A stretch of 64,000 bases of DNA, from the NCBI GenBank assembly GCA_002269645.1, contig NIVC01001367.1:240533-304532 (forward strand). The letters are read 5' to 3'. The position numbers and the translations under genes are program-made. The notes beneath the pieces are model-generated. The model did no database searches. It was not told where the DNA came from and saw nothing but the letters and a program-made list of their open reading frames with translations. The number at the start of each line of letters is the position of its first letter. Position 1 is the first letter of the stretch. Positions 1 to 11,907 of this stretch are shown piece by piece. The DNA is from Macrostomum lignano. Lineage: Eukaryota.

Positions 1-279
1 TTGACCAAATGACTAGGGGAGGGGGGATGCCACAGCAGCCACATTGCACGTTGCCCACCTAATCAATCATGCACTTAGACTAGTCATCCTAGCCCCAAGG
101 GGGGAGACCACATGACCCACATGTCTTCACATTTCATTTAGATTTTTATTTTTTATCTGTGTCTTACATCATAAATAAAAGTATAAAACAAACATGACTG
201 ATGACTCACACTTCATTGCTCAACTTTTCCCAGTTCCCACAGACTCCAAGACCCACAGTAGATGTGTTGACTGCCGACT

Positions 280-1170
280 GTTGTCCATCAAACAATGCAG
301 ATGGGATTGCTGTTCGTTGGGAGTTGGGATGTGAAATTCAATGCGAATTCAATGTGGCACAACACACCACTTGACACCATTGTCGCGCAACGTGACACCA
401 GGAAAATCTGAAAATGAGATGGAAGGTCGTCTACATTTTGTCAACTTATTCCAATAGGGGTTTCTACTGTCTGGTTTCCAAATGCCCAATCCAAAGAGAA
501 CAAGACTACTTGTATCAATTGTGTATAACAAATTCGTAGGCTTTTTTACAAGGGCATAGAAAACTTTTGTGACAAGTATGTGGTGAAAGATGAGATATGG
601 GTGTACCTGATCAATACTGGCACAAAGCAAAACAACAGGTGCTGGCTTGGCCAAGGGGATCATTGACCCCAGGTTGTTAGGCACTCAGTTGGCAATGCAA
701 AAGACAATGCTTCTAGTTGCTTTTACTCCTAACAAGTGCTTCTCTATTGAATCCACAGCCCCAAAGCAAACTATTGATGCAAATGGCATAGTTGAGTTCA
801 TTTGGCACACTGGAGACCTATGGCATACTCTCAGGTCAAGGCCAATTCATCTTTTGGATGTTATTTGGCAGTGGGACAATATGCAACCTGATGTGGCTCA
901 TTCTGTGCAATAGTGCATAGAGTCCTATAGAGTTCAGCTGGTGTTTCAGAGTCCTTACAGCCTAGACTTCAATTTGTGTGACCATTTTTTCAGTTGGATG
1001 AAGACTGATTTTTCTAGGCAAGTGTTCAGTGACCACAATGAAGTTTGAGAAGCTACATTGCAATGGGCAAGAGGCCTTGATGAAGATTGCTTGAAAAGAG
1101 AGGTTCAGTGACTTGTTGACCATTTCCAAGCTATAATCAATATAAGGGGAGATTACATTACCAACTAGTA
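280..1170 (+). mobile_element. Degenerate mariner (DD34D) transposase relic
   Basis: Motifs VVKDEIWVY (D1-like), WQWDN (D at 875) and PYSLDFNLCD (YSPDL-like, D at 980). D2 and D3 are in frame, 35 codons apart (D34D). Several stops, e.g. TAG at 911. Confidence 0.8.
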
Positions 1171-1925
1171 TGTTATTGTGTTTTCTGATAGTTCTGACTG
1201 GTTTTCAAATACATTCTCACAACTTTCTGGATAGCCATATTCTAAGAATTCCTGTTTTTATTATTATTCCTATGATCCCATGCAGCTATATGCCTAGAAT
1301 CAAAGTTTTTCTGCGTGCTTGATAAAGTGTCTAGGCTCATCTATTTTTAGGTTTATTCTAATATAGGGTGCAGACTGCAGATTATCAGAAAATCTAATGT
1401 GCAACATAAGCCAAATAAGAAAAAAAGATATGAGACAAAAGTTAAAAAATATAGACTTTGTCAACTTTTGCTTTTTCTAGGCCTAGTAGACAACTTTAAG
1501 CTTGGGGTTAACATTTTTTGGCCTAAAACATTAAAGCAATTCCGGTTTATGCTTGTAAGCCAAGGTAGATATACTTGTAAAATCAGGCAGTTATAGATGC
1601 CATGCTTTGTATTTTCAACATTCAGAAAGCAGAAAAGGTTTTTTTATTTCCATTTAAATTTCCTTTTGAAGCTCCAAATAATTAATTGATTTCACCATAC
1701 CTAAAATACCACATAGGGAGATATGCTTCTAATAGATACTACTAACAGTAGCATAGCTTCAGTTTAGTTGTAGGGTCTAGGGATGTTTGCCTTTTTAAAT
1801 AAGCAGTCTATATATGCTCGTACTAGCTAGCAACTTGTATACTTACCATCATATTAGAAAATTAATTCCAACTACAACATAATTTGCTAAAAGTACATTC
1901 TTTGGCTCCCAGCCTCCCATGCAAG

Positions 1926-3015
1926 CAGTGTTGGGCACAATACTAAAAAAGTATCGATGAAAACCAATACTCCGATACCCTTTCTGAAAAAAGTATCGCC
2001 AATACCTGAAAGCCCGATACCCAAATTTGAGTATCGGCAATACCCTAATTCCGATACTCAATTCCAATACCCATTTTTTGCAAAAAGAATGCTTAATGAA
2101 TATAGATGCATATTATTTAAGCCTCTCAGACCTTCTCCTAGATTTTAAAGGCAAATAAAGCAAGCTTAGCATTGTTTTAAATCACAAAGCCTTCAGTAAA
2201 AGAAATAGAATAAAATTAACGAATGAAAACCAACAGTTGCAGTTGCCACTTTAGTCGATCATTAACTATTTACTACCCTCTGTAGTCATTCTTCTTTAAA
2301 TCTTTACACCTATTAGCACTGTCATTCTTTTAGTATAGTGTGGCGGCCTGTCAGTCTGCAATTGGTGCACCCATACACTTAGCCTCAGCCTTGTTTTTTG
2401 GATTGAGCACACTTACATGTACACATGTACTCAGCCAGCCAGACCGAATGCTTTAAGCCGAGGTAGAGACTTTAAAGCCTTACCTCTGATTGGGCAACAC
2501 ATCGCCCCTTCACTCTCTATACATGTAAACCTAAGTAAATTGCGTCACTTCTCTTCCCTTTACTCAACTTGTGGTCTCCTAAATATATTCTTCCAAAATA
2601 GTGGATTTATTTATTTATTGCTGTATGCAAATACGCATGCACATATGTTTGTATGTACGCATCATTCACTAAATTGCTTGAGTTACTAGTGTAGCACTAG
2701 TGTATTTGCTTACTTTAAGAACTTACTTTAAGATCGAAAGTATTAATTGTTTCAGCTTCATTGGCCTAGAAGTGAAGTATTTACCAGGTATCATTACTTT
2801 CTGTAAAATTACGCAACTGTTTCATTCATTTTAACTAAATTTTGATTGTTTGCATACTCCAAATTTTAAAAGTATCGGACTATCGAACTATCGGGAAAAT
2901 TTGAAAATTGTATCAGAAGTTACCGAAGTCCGATGCCGCCAAAAAAAGTATCGACTTCCGATACCCAAAAGGTATCGCCGATAGTATCGGAGCATCGTAA
3001 TTGTGCCCAACACTG
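1926..3015. mobile_element. Non-autonomous hAT-type TIR element
   Basis: 16-bp TIR CAGTGTTGGGCACAAT / ATTGTGCCCAACACTG. 8-bp TSD CATGCAAG (1918-1925) vs CATGCGAG (3016-3023). Clustered GTATCG/CGATAC subterminal motifs at both ends. Confidence 0.85.
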
Positions 3016-3069
3016 CATGCGAGCGCAGTGCAAGTCAAGCTGTTTGAATTTCAGCAGCACTCTGCCATC

Positions 3070-4762
3070 ATGCTGCTTCAACGCAGCTTGCTCCCATTGC
3101 TGCCTGTGCTGCTGCTGCTGGCTGGCGAAGTCCCGCTTGCTGCTGCCCGCGGCGGCATGCGGGTGGACATCGACGAGGAGACCTGGCCGGAGGTGCTGGC
3201 TGGCGGCCGCTGGTTCATCAAATTCTACGCGCCCTGGTGCGACGCCTGCCGCAGCCTGGCGCCCACCTGGCAGAACCTGGCGGCCAGTGAGGACCTTCCG
3301 CGGGATGTCAGCATCGCCCAGGTGGACGTCACCAGGAACGAGGCCCTGGCTGGCATGTTCCTGGTCACCGGCCTGCCTTCTCTGTACATGCTGCACGATG
3401 GCCAGTTCTGGCAGCACAGCGGCGACCGGTCACTGCCTGCGCTGCTGCGCTACATCCAGCAGGTGACTGCCGGCTGTGTGGGGCTGTGAGCGCGACTGCT
3501 CAGCTGCTCATGGGGTATGGGATGGCGGCCTGGGCTCAAGGTGTAATGGATCACTAAGTAAACTTGAAGTTGTCCAGAGATGGTATCATGATGAGGGTGG
3601 ACTCTAATCTGGATAAGATGGAATCATGATGAGGATGGACTCAAATCTGGATGAGATGGGATCATGATTAATGTGGACTCAAATCTGGGATGAGATGGGT
3701 TCATGATGAATGTGGACTCAAATCTGGATGAGATGGGATCATGATTAATGTGCACTCAAATCTGGGATGAGATGGGTTCATGATGAATGTGGACTCAAAT
3801 CTGGGATGAGATGGGATCATGATTAATGTGCACTCAAATCTGGGATGAGATGGGATCATGATTAATGTGGACTCAAATCTGGGATGAGATGGGATCATGA
3901 TGAATGTGGACTCAAATCTGCGACGAGATGGGATCATGATGAGGGTGCACTCGAATCTGGGATGAGATGGGATCATGATGAAGGTGGACTCTAATCTTGG
4001 ACGAGATGGGATCATGATGAGGGTGGACTCTAATCTGGGACGAGATGGGATCATGATGAATGTGGACTCAAATCTGGGACGAGATGGGATCATGATGAAT
4101 GTGGACTCAAATCTGGGATGAGATGGGATCATGATGAGGAGACTCAAATCTGGGATGAGATGGGATCATGATGAGGAGACTCAAATCTGGGTTGAGATGG
4201 AATCATGAGGAGGCTTAAATTTGGATGAGGTGGGATCATGATGAGGGTGGACTCAAATCTGGGATGAGATGGGAACACTGACTCAGCAAACGATTCTACT
4301 ATGAGTAGGCAGTTGCGGCTAATACTTGCCACCCGAACTCAGGCCGAGTACGCCCGCCTGCCGCCGCTGCCGTGGTACCGGGTGCCCACAGCTCTGCACA
4401 TGCGCTGTCTCGGCCGCCTCATTCAGGCCGCCGTCCGCCTGAAGAAGCTGCACACTCACCTGGTGGAGGAGCGCGGCCTGCCCTCCCCGCTGGCCTATCT
4501 GGTGCTGGCGCTGGCCACCCTGGTCTCCGGCCTGGTGGCCGGCCTCGTCCTCGTCTGCCTGTGCGACCTGCTGAGCGCCAGGCGGCGGCACCGGCAGCAG
4601 GAGGCGGCCGCAGTTCCCGGCGACGCGAAAGGCGACTCGGCGAAGGTGGACAAGCCGGATGAGGCCAGCGGCGAGGACTCGGACGAGCTGGCCGAGAGTC
4701 CCCGTCCGGCCACTTCCGGTCAGCAAGTGCGGAAACGCGGTGTCAGGAAGGAGACGTCCTGA
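3070..4762 (+). CDS. TMX1: Thioredoxin-related transmembrane protein (TMX1/TMX4 family), 2 exons: 3070-3462 and 4343-4762
   Basis: Signal peptide, then KFYAPWCDAC thioredoxin fold. Phase-0 GT (3463) / AG (4341-4342) intron. Exon 2 has a TM helix and an acidic/basic tail. Family is confident, exact orthologue less so. Confidence 0.85.
3575..4275. repeat. 39-bp minisatellite filling the TMX intron
   Basis: Unit GGGATGAGATGGGATCATGATGAATGTGGACTCAAATCT, about 17-18 copies. Confidence 0.95.
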
Positions 4763-5269
4763 GCTGCTGCGGTGCCAGCGTCTGCTTGGTGACATTGAAT
4801 GTTGCCCTCAGTGACTCCAGTGCCGGCCCAGGCTGCTGATTTTATAAGCTCCGGTCCCGGCATTTCCCCTGTTGTCAGTCAGTCAGCCTGCATGCTGCAA
4901 TTACCAGGTGCTTTAAATAAGTTCATTGCTTGTCGAGTCAGTGTAGATCGCCTTGGGAGTTCCTCTTCAGCAGCCAAAAAATTTTTCAAAATAAACAAAT
5001 TGAATAATTGCCAAACCTGCTCTGTCGGTGCGATTTTGCAAATTTTGCGATTGATTGCGCAATTCTTCTATTTCATTTCTGTGCACACTGTCTGCTGCAG
5101 CTTGAGTCGTCACCCAACAGGTTGGGATACTTGATAAAGTTTATGAAGAAATGTTTCTTTCAGTTCCGTCCTTCAACTGGTTTTACGTTTCGAATTGGGC
5201 ACTCGAAATGGTCGTTGCCGATAGGATTTTCAGCTTTAGAAGTATGACAGTTTTGCAACCAATGTGTTC

Positions 5270-5825
5270 TGTGCCCGTCTGCCACTTTCAACTGGCTTTG
5301 ATCTGTGACAGTGCGGTGTGCCAGCAACAACAGAGATGGCTGCCAATTTCAACTGGCTTTGATCTGTGACAGTGCGGTGTGCCAGCAACAACAGAGATGT
5401 CTGCCAATTTCAACTGGCTTTGACCTGACAGTGCGGTGTGCCAGCAACAACAGAGATGTCTGCCAATTTCAACTGGCTTTGATCTGTGACAGAGCGGTGT
5501 GCCAGCAACAACAGAGATGTCTGCCACTTTCAACTGGCTTTGACCTGACAGAGCGGTGTGCCAGCAACAACAGAGATGTCTGCCACTTTCAACTGGCTTG
5601 ATCTGTGACAGTGCGGTGTGCCAGCAACAACAGAGATGTCTGCCAATTTCAACTGGCTTTGATCTGTGACAGTGCGGTGTGCCAGCAACAACAGAGATGT
5701 CTGCCAATTTCAATTAGCTTTGATCTGTGACAGTGCGGTGTGCCAGCAACAACAGAGATGTCTGCCAATTTCAATTAGCTTTGATCTGTGACAGTGCGGT
5801 GTGCCAGCAACAACAGAGATTTCTG
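5270..5825. repeat. 59-61-bp tandem repeat
   Basis: Unit GTGACAGTGCGGTGTGCCAGCAACAACAGAGATGTCTGCCAATTTCAACTGGCTTTGATCT, about 9 copies. Confidence 0.95.
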
Positions 5826-6940
5826 CTCATCAATATAAATCAATCATATCAGAGATGCGCCCTAATAACAAAGTAAACTCTATAACAATAACGAGGTCCT
5901 CTAGAAAAAGCGTCTTCTAGAAATAACGGAATCGGAGTCGTATGCCCCTATCGGTTACTCTAGGGTATCAAAATTAATCAATCAATAATCCTCTAAGTTT
6001 GTCGGAATCGGTCCGCAGATCCTATCCAATCCCTTAGGAATAGGGAGGCCTCAAATTCAATAGACTCAGTAAAATCAACTGATCAGTAACGGCCGGCAAT
6101 AAAACCGCTCTCAATAATCAAATAACGAAGACTCAAACAAAGGCTCACTAATTAGTTTACTTCTCCCTCAGAGATATAGCCTCGCTTAGCTGCTTCGGCA
6201 AGCTCAAGATCTTTGGAGGCTGTTCTGAGTCTGAGATCTCAGCTAGGATTTTGGCTTGTATTTATTGGCAAGTTTTTCGACATACGACATACGTATTAAT
6301 AGTAACATGATTTCTCTTTTGCTGTAAATAGTAAGACGATTCGTCTTTCATCATAAGTAGTAACATGATACATCTTGCTATAGCATGCTTCATAGTTTCG
6401 CTGCGCATGTTAGAGTTCTTAACTGGTGATTGAAGACGGCAATCACTTTACTGGAACTAAAGTACTGGAAAGGAAGAGATGCGAACGGAGAAGCCAGCTT
6501 GCCAAAGTTGTCCGGCTCAATGGCTTTGTATTTACACGACTAATCGAAGTTAAATTGAAATTCGGATCGCATCAGCAGGCAGCTAATTAGGGATTTTGAA
6601 ATTCCATACCGGGGTTTTCATTACTCGATCTCGCCAATTCTGCGCTGCGTTGACAGCGGATGGAGATCTGCATCAAAGTATCTGCCAATTCTTCAAATTG
6701 GCACTCATTTCTTGAAACTGGAAGCTGGGCTGCTGCGATGCGGAGGCGGCTTTCGGGATCGAACCAGTGCGAGATTGGCCTGAAGCATCTGAAGCATCAA
6801 ATTTACCGCCAGCCCCAGCCGTGGTTCCGATTTCAATTTGCCGAATTGCTTCGATAAAAGGATTGAAATTCTGCTTTCGAAAACCATCGGTGGAGCCTTA
6901 CACGCCTCTAGTCCCTACCAGATCATTTATTAGCTGGAAC

Positions 6941-7505
6941 ATGCATTACCGGCGCCTTCTCACCGTTCTGCTAGTGTCGGTGGCTCTGGCATGCTCTGCG
7001 GCAACTCAGGGTGCGTCTGGCGTTTGTACTTGACGTACTGCTTGATAGCGGCTCTCGAGGCAGTTGAGACCAGCCTCCCAGATCCTCAGGCTTGGCCAGC
7101 CTCCCAGATCTTCAGGCTTGGCCAGACCCAGATCCTCAGTCTTGATCCCCCTCTCAGATCCTCAGCCTTTGGCCCTACCAGATCTTCAGGCTCAGGTAAA
7201 ATGGTTTTTTGCTGCTCAAAAGAGAAATCGCTCAACCCACAGAAGACAGCTATTTTGTGAGGGTCAGCGAGTCCGAGCTGCAGTTCATATGCGGCATCTG
7301 CCAGGAGTGCCGCCTGTGCAGGCAGCTGCCCGCAAGGCCGATTGACGAGGCGCTGCCCGGCCACAAGTTCGAAATCCACGTGGTGGACATGGACCCGAAT
7401 CCGGTGAATCGGAGCAAGCGAATCGTCGACCTGACCAAGCCGGCCAGGTACCACTGCGGCAAGTGCCCCACCTGCTACTGCTACTACAGGGCCTGGAGGA
7501 AATAG
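6941..7505 (+). CDS. Small secreted Cys-rich protein (~110 aa), exons 6941-7010 and 7243-7505
   Basis: Exon 1 encodes the signal peptide MHYRRLLTVLLVSVALACSAATQ with a phase-1 donor GTGCGT at 7011. The acceptor CACAG (7242) restores the frame into EDSYF...CGICQECRLC...RSKR...CGKCPTCYCYYRAWRK*. Confidence 0.75.
7070..7195. repeat. Short degenerate copy of the CAGCCTCCCAGATCCTCAGG minisatellite in the intron
   Basis: About 5 diverged units with the same core as the arrays at 15.8-22.9 kb and 40.5-41.1 kb. Confidence 0.85.
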
Positions 7506-7902
7506 GGGCCACGGGTCGCCGAGTCAGCGTGATTTAAAAAAAATCAATCGACAAACTCTCGCGATAACTTACTCAAGTGACAGTCGTTAAAATTTCGGAT
7601 TGCCAGTTAATGTCAGGTTGCATGTATGGGCCTGAGTCTACATTGCTGTATGAAATATTGAATTCCAATACATTGACTCAACTTCACTTGGAGTGGCAAT
7701 ATAGATGGTGAAAGAATGAAAAAGAAGGCAAGGTGTTTTTTGCGAGAGTTACAAGCGCATTATTAAATAAATGTCAAGATGTTATTTGAGCATACATGTA
7801 TCTAATAGGGACCAGAATAAAGGAAATTATGAACAAAGTGTCGGTGACATTCGTGAGTTTGTTCTTCAGGGCAGTTCTGAGAGAACCAGAACTCGCACTG
7901 TG

Positions 7903-8122
7903 CCACACGCCATGCCAAACATGTTTGTAATCATGCAACATCACGCCATGCCAAACATGTTTGTAATCATGCAACATCACGCCATGCCAAACATGTTTGT
8001 AATCATGCAACATCACGCCATGCCAAACATGTTTGTAATCATGCAACATCACGCCATGCCAAACATGTTTGTAATCATGCAACATCACGCCATGCCAAAC
8101 ATGTTTGTAATCATGCAACATG
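7903..8122. repeat. 36-bp tandem repeat
   Basis: Unit CACGCCATGCCAAACATGTTTGTAATCATGCAACAT, 6 copies. Confidence 0.95.
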
Positions 8123-8619
8123 CAACAATATACTCGTAATCATACAAAATCGAGTTCGTGCACACAAGGTTGAAAATTTGCTGTCTATTTTTGCTGATAT
8201 TGGAAAACAAAGATTTAAATGGACAACCGCTTCAATTGGACAACCAATCAATTAAATAGAAACCTACATGTACTCCTAATCAACTAATTCAGACACGCTC
8301 TAGTTATCCTTCTTCACGACAGATTTTGATGCAGATTTCGATCCATACTTAAGAATGCAGAACGCATTCAATTGACTGTTTCCAGACACAATTTGCTCGG
8401 TGCGAGTTGGAAAGTGCATCCTACTGCTGTGCTCAAGCTTCGCCCTGGTGTTTAGCATATAGCAACCAGCTATCTTTGGTCTTGAGATCGGGCAGAAAAT
8501 TGGCCTGTTCGAGCCCGGCAATATGAGCGGAATTCGCTCTTGGAGCAAACGAGGCGCGTTTACTAACAGCAGTTTGACGCCAGTTGGGTGGGCCTTCACC
8601 GCCTGGATGGCGATCTTTG

Positions 8620-11315
8620 GTTCGATGTATACATTTATCAGGGAGTGGGGTGGGTGTTTTGCGGGTTCGATATATACATTTATCAGGGAGTGGGGTGGGT
8701 GTTTTGCGGGTTCGATATATACATTTATCAGGGAGTGGGGCGGGTGTTTTGCGGGTTCGATATATACATTTATCAGGGAGTGGGGTGGGTGTTTTGCGGG
8801 TTCGATATATACATTTATCAGGGAGTGGGGTGGGTGTTTTGCGGGTTCGATATATACATTTATCAGGGAGTGGGGTGGGTGTTTTGCGGTTCGATATATA
8901 CATTTATCAGGGAGTGGGGTGGGTGTTTTGCGGTTCGATATATACATTTATCAGGGAGTGGGGTGGGTGTTTTGCGGGTTCGATATATACATTTATCAGG
9001 GAGTGGGGTGGGTGTTTTGCGGGTTCGATATATACATTTATCAGGGAGTGGGGTGGGTGTTTTGCGGGTTCGATATATACATTTATCAGGGAGTGGGGTG
9101 GGTGTTTTGCGGGTTCGATATATACATTTATCAGGGAGTGGGGTGGGTGTTTTGCGGGTTCGATATATACATTTATCAGGGAGTGGGGTGGGTGTTTTGC
9201 GGGTTCGATATATACATTTATCAGGGAGTGGGGTGGGTGTTTTGCGGGTTCGATATATACATTTATCAGGGAGTGGGGTGGGTGTTTTGCGGGTTCGATA
9301 TATACATTTATCAGGGAGTGGGGTGGGTGTTTTGCGGGTTCGATATATACATTTATCAGGGAGTGGGGTGGGTGCTCTGCGGGTTCGATATATACATTTA
9401 TCAGGGAGTGGGGTGGGTGTTTTGCGGGTTCGATATACATTTATCAGGGAGTGGGGTGGGTGTTTTGCGGGTTCGATATATACATTTATCAGGGAGTGGG
9501 GTGGGTGTTTTGCGGGTTCGATATATACATTTATCAGGGAGTGGGGTGGGTGTTTTGCGGGTTCGATATATACATTTATCAGGGAGTGGGGCGGGTGTTT
9601 TGCGGGTTCGATATATACATTTATCAGGGAGTGGGGTGGGTGTTTTGCGGGTTCGATATACATTTATCAGGGAGTGGGGTGGGTGTTTTGCGGGTTCGAT
9701 ATATACATTTATCAGGGAGTGGGGTGGGTGCTCTGCGGGTTCGATATATACATTTATCAGGGAGTGGGGCGGGTGTTTTGCGGGTTCGATATATACATTT
9801 ATCAGGGAGTGGGGCGGGTGTTTTGCGGGTTCGATATACATTTATCAGGGAGTGGGGTGGGTGTTTTGCGGGTTCGATATATACATTTATCAGGGAGTGG
9901 GGTGGGTGTTTTGCGGGTTCGATATATACATTTATCAGGGAGTGGGGTGGGTGCTCTGCGGGTTCGATATATACATTTATCAGGGAGTGGGGCGGGTGTT
10001 TTGCGGGTTCGATATATACATTTATCAGGGAGTGGGGCGGGTGTTTTGCGGGTTCGATATATACATTTATCAGGGAGTGGGGCGGGTGTTTTGCGGGTTC
10101 GATATACATTTATCAGGGAGTGGGGTGGGTGTTTTGCGGGTTCGATATATACATTTATCAGGGAGTGGGGTGGGTGTTTTGCGGGTTCGATATATACATT
10201 TATCAGGGAGTGGGGCGGGTGTTTTGCGGGTTCGATATACATTTATCAGGGAGTGGGGTGGGTGTTTTGCGGGTTCGATATATACATTTATCAGGGAGTG
10301 GGGTGGGTGTTTTGCGGGTTCGATATATACATTTATCAGGGAGTGGGGTGGGTGTTTTGCGGGTTCGATATATACATTTATCAGGGAGTGGGGTGGGTGT
10401 TTTGCGGGTTCGATATATACATTTATCAGGGAGTGGGGTGGGTGTTTTGCGGGTTCGATATATACATTTATCAGGGAGTGGGGTGGGTGTTTTGCGGGTT
10501 CGATATATACATTTATCAGGGAGTGGGGTGGGTGTTTTGCGGGTTCGATATATACATTTATCAGGGAGTGGGGTGGGTGTTTTGCGGGTTCGATATATAC
10601 ATTTATCAGGGAGTGGGGTGGGTGTTTTGCGGGTTCGATATATAAATTTATCAGGGAGTGGGGTGGGTGTTTTGCGGGTTCGATATACATTTATCAGGGA
10701 GTGGGGCGGGTGTTTTGCGGGTTCGATATACATTTATCAGGGAGTGGGGCGGGTGTTTTGCGGTTCGATATATACATTTTTCAGGGAGTGGGGTGGGTGT
10801 TTTGCGGGTTCGATATATACATTTATCAGGGAGTGGGGTGGGTGTTTTGCGGGTTCGATATATACATTTATCAGGGAGTGGGGTGGGTGTTTTGCGGGTT
10901 CGATATATACATTTATCAGGGAGTGGGGTGGGTGTTTTGCGGGTTCGATATATACATTTATCAGGGAGTGGGGTGGGTGTTTTGCGGGTTCGATATATAA
11001 ATTTATCAGGGAGTGGGGTGGGTGTTTTGCGGGTTCGATATACATTTATCAGGGAGTGGGGCGGGTGTTTTGCGGGTTCGATATACATTTATCAGGGAGT
11101 GGGGCGGGTGTTTTGCGGTTCGATATATACATTTTTCAGGGAGTGGGGTGGGTGTTTTGCGGGTTCGATATATAAATTTATCAGGGAGTGGGGTGGGTGT
11201 TTTGCGGGTTCGATATACATTTATCAGGGAGTGGGTTGGGTGCTTTGCGGGTTCGTTGTATAAATTTATCAGGGAGTGGGGTGGGTGTTTTGCGGGTTCG
11301 ATATATACATTTATC
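8620..11315. repeat. 43-45-bp G-rich minisatellite, about 60 copies
   Basis: Unit GTTCGATATATACATTTATCAGGGAGTGGGGTGGGTGTTTTGCGG. It explains all the long repetitive ORFs here. Confidence 0.98.
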
Positions 11316-11907
11316 CTCACCCACATGACACCAAAACAACAGACTTGCGTGTTGTTCGCCTTGGCTGTCAGCTTGGCTGTCGCTCTGTCCTCGTCCTACT
11401 GCTGGCTGTATCCTTGGTGTTTTAACTATTTGAAGGGGCTAATTGTTAACTGATGCGATGAAACCAAACTGAAAGGTAATATCAGTTTTGTTCATCTCGT
11501 TTCACTGATTGACAAACGGTGCTTAGCTTGAATTTGGTCAAAGTGGGGTGTCGCAAGCTGTTATAAACAATTGTTCCGCAGTGCACATCCTGCAGTCAAC
11601 TGCCCTGCAAGCTAGACTTCAAATACCAAGACATAAGGCAGAAGAGAGTGTGCGAGGACCAAATTTGACTTTAGATCGTTTAATATAGTAGATGCCACGT
11701 CATATTTAAGGGCTAAAGAAAGAGAGAGAGAGATCCGCCTATAGAAGTCATATACTGCGGGGCGAAGAGATAAGCAATTGTTGCTGGGCCTACATCTTGC
11801 ATGCGAGATCATTCTGGATGATTCGTGAAACTGAGGTTGTCGCAACGAGGCTGCACCACTAGATGCATGTCTGATACGGGGGCAATGCAGATGTTAATTT
11901 GATGTAA

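Noticed and set aside
7243-7505. Insulin-like peptide (xCG...KR-IVD)
   Set aside because: Cys spacing lacks the A-chain CC-x3-C-x8-C pattern.
8523-11326. Very long ORFs (up to 863 aa) on both strands
   Set aside because: They are translations of a stop-free 45-bp satellite whose frames interchange at 2-bp unit variants.
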